In this document: in pieces, positions 16,944 to 24,507 of the stretch
How the letters are laid out: every line of letters begins with the position of its first letter
Numbering within the stretch: the stretch's first letter is position 1
Virus record (IMG/VR): IMGVR_UViG_3300032234_000004
Span: 1 to 41,978 of that record
Length of the DNA stretch: 41,978 nucleotides
Origin: a virus
Taxonomy: Duplodnaviria > Caudoviricetes
Strand: one strand, 5' to 3'
Position numbers and translations under genes: made by a program
The notes under the pieces: generated by a model
What the model was told of the DNA's origin: nothing
Seen by the model: only the letters and a program-made list of their open reading frames with translations
Databases searched by the model: none

Positions 16944-17237
16944 ATGGCGCAAATAATTATTTACCCAAACGATGATGATTCATTGTCAATAATAGTGCCT
17001 GTAGCTTCCTGTGAGCTGCCTATCGAGGAGATCGCGCTTAAAGATGTGCCGCCGGGCAAGCCGTACCATATTATTGATTCTGAGCTGTTGCCCAAAGAAG
17101 ATATTTTTGCCGACGCATTAGAAGCAGATTTTAGTTCGCCTAGTGGCTTAGGGGCAGACTATGGCACAGGTTCAGAAAATACCGTGATTGGTTGGGACGA
17201 AAACAATAAGCCCGTTATTAAAGAGGCGTCGGAATGA
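16944..17237 (+). CDS. Putative tail fibre assembly protein
   Basis: SD agga, ATG at 16944. Contains IEEIALKDVPPGKPYHII and follows a fibre gene. Confidence 0.6.
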   Translation: MAQIIIYPNDDDSLSIIVPVASCELPIEEIALKDVPPGKPYHIIDSELLPKEDIFADALEADFSSPSGLGADYGTGSENTVIGWDENNKPVIKEASE

Positions 17238-17467
17238 TTACCATCAATATAGATAAGGCCAAAGCCATAGCGCACAAAATACGGCGTGATGCTAGGGCTG
17301 AAGAATTCAAGCCGCATGATGAAGTCATCATGAAACAGATTCCCGGCAACGATTACACTCAAGCAGAGGCAGCACGTCAAGCTATCCGTGACAAGTACGC
17401 CACAATACAAACGAACATCGATGCTGCAACTACGCCGGACGAGATTAAAGCGGCTTTGGGGATATAA
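17234..17467 (+). CDS. Putative tail fibre assembly chaperone
   Basis: ATGA-coupled. Helical, with AEAARQAIRDKYA..Q..IDAATTPDEIKAAL. Confidence 0.6.
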   Translation: MITINIDKAKAIAHKIRRDARAEEFKPHDEVIMKQIPGNDYTQAEAARQAIRDKYATIQTNIDAATTPDEIKAALGI

Positions 17468-18184
17468 ATGACAGCCGGGATCAAAGCGAATTCAGACGGC
17501 TCCGCAGCTATCCAAGTAGGCGGTGTAGACGCTATTACGCTGACATCGGCGGGTGCTGCCACATTTGTGCAGCCTATAACATTGACTACAGATCTCGCTG
17601 TTACTGATGGTGGGACTGGGCAAAGTAGCCTAACAGCTAATAACGTATTACTTGGTAACGGTACGTCAGCAGTTCAATTTGTAGCCCCCGGTACAAACGG
17701 TAATGTGCTTACATCGAATGGCACAACATGGACAAGTGGTTCTGCCCCGGGATTCCCGTCAGGTACAGCAATGCTGTTTGCGCAGACCTCTGCACCTACT
17801 GGGTGGACTAAGTCCACGGCGCACGACAATAAAGCGTTGCGTGTTGTAAGTGGCACAGCGTCTCCCGGTGGTAGTGTTGCGTTTACAACGGCGTTTGCCT
17901 CGCAGAGTACAAGCGGAACGGTGGGTGATACAACTCTTTCGACTTCGCAGATTCCAAGCCACGCTCACCAAATGTCTTCGGGTGCTGGCTTCCCATCCGC
18001 CTACAATACGTTCACCGCTACTAGTCCCTCATTCTATTCATCAAGTGCTTCGCCGACCCCTGTGTCGAGAATCGTAGGTACCAATACAACTGGAGGTGGT
18101 GGCTCACACAACCACTCGTTCTCTGGTTCAACCTTGAACCTTGCCGTAAGCTATGTAGATGTAATCATTGCAACCAAAGACTAA
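17468..18184 (+). CDS. Short tail fibre with a collar-like domain
   Basis: GGTGQSSLTANNVLLGNGT, GNVLTSNGTTW, FPSGTAMLFAQTSAPTGWTK, QIPSHAH and GGGGSHNHS. Confidence 0.7.
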   Translation: MTAGIKANSDGSAAIQVGGVDAITLTSAGAATFVQPITLTTDLAVTDGGTGQSSLTANNVLLGNGTSAVQFVAPGTNGNVLTSNGTTWTSGSAPGFPSGTAMLFAQTSAPTGWTKSTAHDNKALRVVSGTASPGGSVAFTTAFASQSTSGTVGDTTLSTSQIPSHAHQMSSGAGFPSAYNTFTATSPSFYSSSASPTPVSRIVGTNTTGGGGSHNHSFSGSTLNLAVSYVDVIIATKD

Positions 18185-18756
18185 TGGACACACTAGATAA
18201 ATACATTAAGGTTTTTGATAACCTTTTAAGCCCTTCACTATGCAATAGTATCGTATCTGAATATAAAGACGATTCTGAATGGGTAGACGCTCACATTCTA
18301 GGTTATTCGAACACAGATTATTTAGTTGATAAAAGTATTAGGTGTGTTCAACAAATAGGAATATCAACTAATCAAGTAATCGAAAAAAATAAGCTAGTTA
18401 GATCGGCATTAGATTCAGAATTATTTTTGGCGGCGAGCAAAGTAATATCTAATTACAACAATCTTATAGAGTGCCGAATTGAAAAAGACTCTGGATATGA
18501 CTTGTTAAGATACGATATAGGCGGCTTTTATAAGGTGCACACCGATAGCGCAACAGACACTATGCGGACACTGTCTTGCTCATTTTCGTTGAATGATGAT
18601 TACGAAGGTGGTGAGTGGGAATTTTTTAACGGGGCTATGAAAGTAAGGCCACCAAAAGGTAGCGCGATAGTTTTTCCATCAAACTTTTTATACCCGCACG
18701 CTATTACGCCAGTAACAAAAGGTTCTAGGTTCTCTATAGTCACATGGTTTGTTTAA
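18184..18756 (+). CDS. 2OG-Fe(II) oxygenase (prolyl 4-hydroxylase-like)
   Basis: HxD (HTD), LNDDYEGGEWEF, FPSNFLYPH (distal His) and VTKGSRFSIVTWF (RxS). Confidence 0.9.
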   Translation: MDTLDKYIKVFDNLLSPSLCNSIVSEYKDDSEWVDAHILGYSNTDYLVDKSIRCVQQIGISTNQVIEKNKLVRSALDSELFLAASKVISNYNNLIECRIEKDSGYDLLRYDIGGFYKVHTDSATDTMRTLSCSFSLNDDYEGGEWEFFNGAMKVRPPKGSAIVFPSNFLYPHAITPVTKGSRFSIVTWFV

Positions 18757-18757
18757 T

Positions 18758-19069
18758 ATGAAACTTGAAGCTAAAAACGGTTGCCCGTTGGATTCATTTA
18801 GGCCATGCAAAGAGCTTGAGTGTGCGTGGTTTACCCAAGTGCGCGGAACTAATCCGAATACGGGCAAAGAGGTGGATGAATGGGCTTGTGCTATGGCTTG
18901 GTTGCCAATGTTATTAATTGAAAACAGTCAGCAGCAGCGTCAAACAGGTGCAGCGGTTGAATCGTTTAGAAACGAAATGGTAAAGGCGAATGAAGTTGGA
19001 CAACGCGTTTTATTAGCAGCAGCAAACGTAACGCCAGCAGCACAACGGTTAGTCATGGGAGATAAATAA
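18758..19069 (+). CDS. Cys-rich conserved phage protein
   Basis: ATG at 18758. CPL...C...CAWF...CAMAW, then ENSQQQRQTGAAVESFRNEMV. Confidence 0.7.
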   Translation: MKLEAKNGCPLDSFRPCKELECAWFTQVRGTNPNTGKEVDEWACAMAWLPMLLIENSQQQRQTGAAVESFRNEMVKANEVGQRVLLAAANVTPAAQRLVMGDK

Positions 19070-19341
19070 TGGCTACATATTCTAGGGTCACGATAGTGCC
19101 AAGCGACGGGGTTTGCATAGTAGACGGCGCAACTGCTTCAGGTGTTGATATGACATCTTTGCCAGCAGACCTACACGCTGTGCAGTGGTACGGCACTTGG
19201 GGTGAAGAAGAATACATTGACCTAGACACCCGTAAAATGCGGGATAACGTCCGTATCACTTCGTTTGATGCGTATGCAGCAGTCTTAATTTCTGCGTCTG
19301 AGAAATTACAAGCGCAAGTAGAACCGACACCGGAGGTTTAA
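19069..19341 (+). CDS. Small fibre-associated protein
   Basis: TAATG-coupled. Contains LHAVQWYGTWGEEEY. Confidence 0.6.
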   Translation: MATYSRVTIVPSDGVCIVDGATASGVDMTSLPADLHAVQWYGTWGEEEYIDLDTRKMRDNVRITSFDAYAAVLISASEKLQAQVEPTPEV

Positions 19342-19343
19342 TT

Positions 19344-20498
19344 ATGCCCCTCGTACTAGATGGAACTAACGGTGTATCTGGCGTTAACGGGTCTGCATCA
19401 TCTCCTGCGTTTGAAGGCACGGATGCTGACTCTGGGATATTCATTAACTCTGCGAACGAAGTAAATGCTTCGTTAAACAGTACACCTGTGTGGAGTGCCG
19501 TGAGTACGTTCGGCTTCAAGAACCGCCTGATAAATGGCGGGATGAACATCTTCCAGCGCAACACAACGCTTTCTACAAACAATACTCAGGGGTATTCGGT
19601 AGATCGTATGTGGGGGTTTAGTGGGGCAAGCACTGCCGCTACGTATTCTCAAATTAGCTCTACAGGTCTGGCTGGCTTTCCTTTTGCTATTCGCTGCCAA
19701 CGCACTGCGGGCAATACTGGAACAAATGGTGTGTTCATGGGGCAGATAATTGAGTCGAACAATCTCCAAGACTTACAAGGGCAGTCGGTAACTGTTTCGT
19801 TCTGGGCCAGAGCTGGCGCTAACTATTCAGCTACAGGAAGCACTCTTTACGTCACAATCCGTACAGGCACAGTTGCTGACCAAGGATTAAATACACTTAT
19901 TTCACCCGGCTGGACAGGAGCATCAACACAGCAGCAGACCGTGACGTTAACTACATCATGGCAATACTTTACAAAGACATATACTATCTCAGCAACTGCC
20001 CAAGAAATTACTGCTTTCTTTGAAGCCTATCCAACTGGCACTGCCGGGGCAAACGATTACTATGATATTACGGGGTTTCAACTAGAAAAAGGCAGCACAG
20101 CCACCAGCTTTGACTACAGGCCGTATGGTACGGAGCTACAGTTGTGCCAACGGTACTTGTTTCGACCCTCGCCCAACGGAACGAGCTTTGCCTTTCTCGC
20201 ACAAGGAGCGTTTGCTAATGCAACAGGCGGATTTGCATTTTTCCCGTTCCCGACACAGATGCGGACAACCCCGACATTCGCATTAGATAGCGGACGTGTG
20301 ATTGGAGACTACACCGTATATGTACCAAATGGCGGCGCATATGTAACGCTGACATCAGCGACATTAAATACCGTATCAACCCCATCAGGTGCGTTGCTTA
20401 CGTTAGGGTTTGCTAGTGGAGGAACGGCTGGACAGTCATTATTTATGTCTGCCAACGGCGCAGCAACTATCAGCGTTCAGTTTTCTTCGGAGCTATAA
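19344..20498 (+). CDS. Tail fibre/receptor-binding protein with a carbohydrate-binding-like domain
   Basis: FKNRLINGGMNIFQR, VTVSFWAR and QLEKGSTATSFDYRPYGTELQLCQRY. Confidence 0.72.
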   Translation: MPLVLDGTNGVSGVNGSASSPAFEGTDADSGIFINSANEVNASLNSTPVWSAVSTFGFKNRLINGGMNIFQRNTTLSTNNTQGYSVDRMWGFSGASTAATYSQISSTGLAGFPFAIRCQRTAGNTGTNGVFMGQIIESNNLQDLQGQSVTVSFWARAGANYSATGSTLYVTIRTGTVADQGLNTLISPGWTGASTQQQTVTLTTSWQYFTKTYTISATAQEITAFFEAYPTGTAGANDYYDITGFQLEKGSTATSFDYRPYGTELQLCQRYLFRPSPNGTSFAFLAQGAFANATGGFAFFPFPTQMRTTPTFALDSGRVIGDYTVYVPNGGAYVTLTSATLNTVSTPSGALLTLGFASGGTAGQSLFMSANGAATISVQFSSEL

Positions 20499-20657
20499 AT
20501 GTACAAACTACAAAAAGATATTAATTTTCCAGAACCTAGAATTGTTATTCGTCTGTCGGATGGCGTAAGCATTCCCTTCGATCCAGCCAACACGGATTAC
20601 CAAGCCTATCTTCAATGGTTGGCTGAAGGCAACGAACCGGAACCTGCGGAGGAATAA
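20499..20657 (+). CDS. Small fibre chaperone-like protein (52 aa, not in the ORF track)
   Basis: [52 protein letters not shown], starting right after the fibre gene stop. Confidence 0.75.
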   Translation: MYKLQKDINFPEPRIVIRLSDGVSIPFDPANTDYQAYLQWLAEGNEPEPAEE

Positions 20658-21344
20658 ATTGACCCGCTAACCCTACTCGCTGCTGCTAACGCCGCTGTTG
20701 CTGCGGTCAAGGCTGGTTGTAAACTTTACAAAGACATCAAAGGCGCAGCGGGAGAAGTTGGCGATGTACTGAAAGACTTAAAAGAGCAGTACAACAAGAT
20801 AGTAGACCCGACACCTGCACAAAAAGCACAGTACAACGCCGAAGTGCAGCGGGTGCAGGAAATAGCTAAGGCTGACCCGAACGACGTATTTACCGACATC
20901 GGCACTCAGTTAGGCGTCTTGATGGATACGCATGACGAGATTAGTAAGCTGTTACTGAAAGAGCAGATTGAAGCCAAGCAAGTCTACAAGGGTGAAGACA
21001 GTATAGGTAAGCGGGCGTTGCGGCGGATACTGATCAACTCAAGACTGGATGCTATATGGGCAGAGGTTAGAGAAACGATGGTGTACAAAGCCCCGCCAGA
21101 ATTGGGTGCACTGTGGGGTAAGTTTGATGAGATGCGGCAGAAGATTGTTGCCGAACAGGAGATAGCCCACGCAGAGGAACTTAGACTGGCTCAGATAGCA
21201 TCATGGCGACGCAGAAAAAGAATAGCGGAAATCAGGGCAAAGGCAATGTGGGTTTCGGCAGTACTCTTCGTAATAGTATGGGCGGTGGGAATAATGTGGC
21301 TAACGACAAGAAGCATGATTACGAGAACGTCCCTTGGTCATTGA
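20658..21344 (+). CDS. Coiled-coil protein with a C-terminal TM helix; probable ATT start
   Basis: The frame is open 62 codons upstream of the track's GTG (20844), back to ATT at 20658, preceded by GGAGGA. C-terminal hydrophobic segment WVSAVLFVIVWAVGIMWL. Confidence 0.65.
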   Translation: MDPLTLLAAANAAVAAVKAGCKLYKDIKGAAGEVGDVLKDLKEQYNKIVDPTPAQKAQYNAEVQRVQEIAKADPNDVFTDIGTQLGVLMDTHDEISKLLLKEQIEAKQVYKGEDSIGKRALRRILINSRLDAIWAEVRETMVYKAPPELGALWGKFDEMRQKIVAEQEIAHAEELRLAQIASWRRRKRIAEIRAKAMWVSAVLFVIVWAVGIMWLTTRSMITRTSLGH

Positions 21345-21508
21345 TCGTTGTGGTGTTGGCTGTGGTGCTGATGTTCTTTATCGTGATGCCGGTCTTAGCG
21401 TTTATGTACTACGACATGTACTACGCAACACAGGCTGCGGTGCATGAGGTCAGGAAGATGAAAGAACTGCGGCGCGAGATTCAGATTGAAAGGATGTACG
21501 ACAGATGA
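21203..21508 (+). CDS. Single-pass membrane protein upstream of the endolysin (start uncertain)
   Basis: Long TM segment LIVVVLAVVLMFFIVMPVLAFMYY. ATGA overlap with the endolysin, and overlap with the previous gene. Confidence 0.55.
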   Translation: MATQKKNSGNQGKGNVGFGSTLRNSMGGGNNVANDKKHDYENVPWSLIVVVLAVVLMFFIVMPVLAFMYYDMYYATQAAVHEVRKMKELRREIQIERMYDR

Positions 21509-22158
21509 TTACGTTGGCACAGTTCAAGAAGTTCGCCCCACATACCAAGTATGCACAGCAGTGGTACGACACGCTGTTTGGCCCGCAGACGGAGTTCGGT
21601 GGCAAGTCTCTTCTCGACGAATACCAGATCAACACCCCGAAGCGCGTTGCCGCGTTCCTAGCCCAGTGCGGTCATGAGTCGGGCGGCTTCGTGTTTGTCA
21701 CCGAGAACCTGAACTACTCGGCTTCCGGCTTGATGCGCGTCTTCCCGAAGTACTTCCCGAGCCTTGACCTTGCCAAGCAGTACGAGCGCAACCCTAAGAA
21801 GATCGCCAGCCGTGTCTACGCAAGCCGGATGGGTAATGGGGACGAGGCCAGTGCCGAGGGATTCAAGTTTCGCGGACGCGGGATTTTGCAGCTAACCGGC
21901 AAGGACAACTATTTTTGGTTCGGTGCCTCACTTGACCTGACCCCAGAGCAGGCGTCGGAATACTTGGAGACCTTCGAGGGTGCAGCCCAGAGTGCGTGTT
22001 GGTTCTGGGAGACTAACAAGCTGAACCGGTTTGTCGATAGCAACGACTTTAAGGGCTTAACCCGTGCGATTAACGGCGGCTATATTGGATTGGCAGATAG
22101 GGAGCATCACTATGAAATTGCGTTGGCTATGCTTGATACTGGCAGTCGTTTGGCTTAG
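21505..22158 (+). CDS. Endolysin, glycoside hydrolase family 19
   Basis: AAFLAQCGHESGGF, ENLNYSA, FRGRGILQLTGKDNY and TRAINGG..GLADR. Confidence 0.92.
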   Translation: MITLAQFKKFAPHTKYAQQWYDTLFGPQTEFGGKSLLDEYQINTPKRVAAFLAQCGHESGGFVFVTENLNYSASGLMRVFPKYFPSLDLAKQYERNPKKIASRVYASRMGNGDEASAEGFKFRGRGILQLTGKDNYFWFGASLDLTPEQASEYLETFEGAAQSACWFWETNKLNRFVDSNDFKGLTRAINGGYIGLADREHHYEIALAMLDTGSRLA

Positions 22159-22363
22159 TGGTTGTGAGCGGGTTCGGTACTTTTGTCAGAACCCAGAAAA
22201 CTGGGACAAACCGCGCTGTCAACGTCCACAATGTGCTGTAACAGGAACCTGCCCGGATCAGTTGTTGAAACCGGAAGTGATGAAAGAGGAACCCAATGAA
22301 CCCGCTAAAACTAATAAGCCAGTTCCTTGCAATGACACAGGAACAACACGATGCAGTAATTAA
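22112..22363 (+). CDS. Cys-rich lipoprotein
   Basis: SD gggag, ATG at 22112. Signal peptide with lipobox LSGC, then RYFCQNPENWDKPRCQRPQCAVTGTCPD. Confidence 0.7.
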   Translation: MKLRWLCLILAVVWLSGCERVRYFCQNPENWDKPRCQRPQCAVTGTCPDQLLKPEVMKEEPNEPAKTNKPVPCNDTGTTRCSN

Positions 22364-22766
22364 GTTCTTTATCGCTATTACGTTCTGCTGCGTCGTGATC
22401 ATCATGGTGGGCGTGAGCTTGTATTCAGTCGTATTCGTCGAGCAACCGATGAGCGGGATGGCTCCGGCGGACAAGCAGTTCTTCCTGATCTTGTCGGACA
22501 TGTCCAAATATATACTTGGCAGTCTGGCAACTTTGCTTGCGGTCAAGGGTAAGGATGCGCTTCAGCAGTTCGTGCCACCCGGCCTGTCTACCAAGGAAGA
22601 GCGTGACGATAAGCCAACGCCACCAGCGCCCAAAGCCGCAGCACCAACCCATGCGCCTGTACGTATGGAGCCAACCATTGACCCTATCAGTTCAGCGCCG
22701 TCTGTAGTCACAGGCTATGGCGGCAAACCAGCCCCAGTGCAACCACCTCACCCGGAGATTTCGTAA
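22296..22766 (+). CDS. Two-TM membrane protein, holin candidate
   Basis: Two hydrophobic helices and a Pro-rich tail, within the lysis cassette. Confidence 0.55.
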   Translation: MNPLKLISQFLAMTQEQHDAVIKFFIAITFCCVVIIMVGVSLYSVVFVEQPMSGMAPADKQFFLILSDMSKYILGSLATLLAVKGKDALQQFVPPGLSTKEERDDKPTPPAPKAAAPTHAPVRMEPTIDPISSAPSVVTGYGGKPAPVQPPHPEIS

Positions 22767-22951
22767 TGTTTATCTACCTACGCATGGCTGTTACTGTTTT
22801 ACTAAGTGCTGTCTTGGCTTTCCAGATTCACGCGCAGGAAGTGAAGAAGGTCTGCAACAAGCAGAAGGACAACAAGGGTAAGGAAGTGCAGGTCTGCAAA
22901 GAGGTCAAGATTCACAAGAAGCTCGACGGCACGAAGGTACCGCCAAAATGA
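22766..22951 (+). CDS. Small secreted basic peptide
   Basis: Signal peptide ending IHA, followed by a Lys-rich mature part with two Cys. Confidence 0.6.
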   Translation: MFIYLRMAVTVLLSAVLAFQIHAQEVKKVCNKQKDNKGKEVQVCKEVKIHKKLDGTKVPPK

Positions 22952-23418
22952 ACCCGTGGGTGATACTCGGCTTTGTGTTAGCTGTTGGCGCAGCGGCTGG
23001 GGGCGGGTATTATAAAGGCAATTCTGCGGGCAGGGCCGAGGTGCAGCAAGCGTGGGATAAAGAGAAGGCTGAGCAGTATGCCGCCTATGCCAAGGGGCAG
23101 GAAGAAGCCCGACAACGTGAGCAAGAAATGCAACAGGCGGCGGACAAGCTGCGGAGGGAAAAGGATGCGCAGATCAGGGATATTAATGCTCGTGCTACCG
23201 CTCTTACTAACAGCTTGCGCGACAGGCCAGAGCGCCCCGCCCAAGATGGTGCCATGTCCAGTACTGCCGGACTTACCGATGCCCCGGTATGGTGTACTGG
23301 AGCACGACTTTATAGGGAACACGCAGAAGCTTTTGCAGGGGAATCTGCCCTCGCAGCAGAACTCCAATCAGAGCTTAAAACCTGCCTTAAACAATACAAC
23401 GCCGTCAGGCAAAAGTAA
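22948..23418 (+). CDS. Rz: i-spanin (Rz-like)
   Basis: N-terminal TM, long coiled coil and C-terminal Cys residues, with a lipoprotein ORF nested in another frame. Confidence 0.75.
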   Translation: MNPWVILGFVLAVGAAAGGGYYKGNSAGRAEVQQAWDKEKAEQYAAYAKGQEEARQREQEMQQAADKLRREKDAQIRDINARATALTNSLRDRPERPAQDGAMSSTAGLTDAPVWCTGARLYREHAEAFAGESALAAELQSELKTCLKQYNAVRQK

Positions 23419-23425
23419 GGAATAG
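23165..23425 (+). CDS. Rz1: o-spanin lipoprotein (Rz1-like), almost fully nested in Rz
   Basis: ATG at 23165: MRRSGILMLVLPLLLTAC (lipobox LTAC), then a Pro-rich mature region, in the +1 frame of Rz. Confidence 0.72.
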   Translation: MRRSGILMLVLPLLLTACATGQSAPPKMVPCPVLPDLPMPRYGVLEHDFIGNTQKLLQGNLPSQQNSNQSLKPALNNTTPSGKSKE

Positions 23426-23427
23426 CC

Positions 23428-24498
23428 ATGCCTAGTACATACTCCCCCGATCTACGGATCGAACTCATTGCCAACGGTGAGCAGTCTGGTACGTGGGGAA
23501 CTACGACCAATACCAATCTTGGCACGTTGATTGAGGATGCTATTGCTGGTTTGGCATCTGTTTCAGTTACGTCCGCAGATCAAGCTTTAACTGCATCAAA
23601 CGGTTCGGCTGACCAAGCGCGTTGCGCGGCGGTTAGTTTAACTACTACAACAACTGCAAACTTTGCGGTTTACGTTCCGCCGGTACCCAAGCTGTACGTA
23701 GTTAATAATGCTTCTGCTTATGTAGCCACTATTTACTGCTCCACTGTTCTTGGTAACACGACTGCCGCAGGCACGGGAGTTGCGGTTCCCGCAGGCAAAT
23801 CGGTTCTTTTGCGTTCGGACGGCACAAATATCGTTGAACAATTAAATCAGGTTGTTGGTGGGTTTAGCGTGGGCGGGGCAACTACTTTTTCTGGTGCAGC
23901 TACATTTGGTAGCACCGTAACTCTTAATGCGAATCCAACGCTCGCATTACAAGCGGCTCCCAAACAATACGTAGACTCAGCGGTTGCTAGTGGTGTTCCT
24001 ACTGGGGTACTTACTATGTGGTCCACTGGTACCGCGCCTACTGGATGGCTGTTATGTAACGGTGCGGCGGTATCTCGCACCACCTATGCAGCTTTGTTTG
24101 CTGTGATTGGTACGACGTTTGGTGCAGGAGACACGACTACAACCTTTAATCTACCCGACTATCGGGACAGGATGCCTATTGGTGCAAACACTATTGCTGC
24201 TTCAATCGGTGCTACAGGTGGCTCCAAAGACGCGATTGTTGTAAGCCACACCCACACGGCAACGGTCACTGATCCGAGCCACTCGCATAGCATGACGTTA
24301 AATGTCTGGCGTGGCTCTAACGCTGGCAATACAAACCCTGCTTGGGGTGGCGGTGATCGACAGGATGCGACAAACAGAACACAGGCAACTACAACTGCTA
24401 CTACAGGAATTACTGTTTCTAACAGCACAGAAGGCTCATCCGGCACTAACGCAAACATGCCTCCATATCTCGGCATTAACTTCATCATCAAGACATAA
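23428..24498 (+). CDS. Tail fibre protein with a phage tail collar domain
   Basis: GTWGTTTNTN N-terminus. Collar signature PTGWLLCNGAAVSRTTYAALFAVIGTTFGAGD...FNLPD. Confidence 0.85.
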   Translation: MPSTYSPDLRIELIANGEQSGTWGTTTNTNLGTLIEDAIAGLASVSVTSADQALTASNGSADQARCAAVSLTTTTTANFAVYVPPVPKLYVVNNASAYVATIYCSTVLGNTTAAGTGVAVPAGKSVLLRSDGTNIVEQLNQVVGGFSVGGATTFSGAATFGSTVTLNANPTLALQAAPKQYVDSAVASGVPTGVLTMWSTGTAPTGWLLCNGAAVSRTTYAALFAVIGTTFGAGDTTTTFNLPDYRDRMPIGANTIAASIGATGGSKDAIVVSHTHTATVTDPSHSHSMTLNVWRGSNAGNTNPAWGGGDRQDATNRTQATTTATTGITVSNSTEGSSGTNANMPPYLGINFIIKT

Positions 24499-24507
24499 GG
24501 AGCCACC

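Noticed and set aside
22985-23164. 5' part of the 146-aa track ORF overlapping Rz
   Set aside because: The lipoprotein signal begins at ATG 23165, so the upstream extension is unlikely to be translated.
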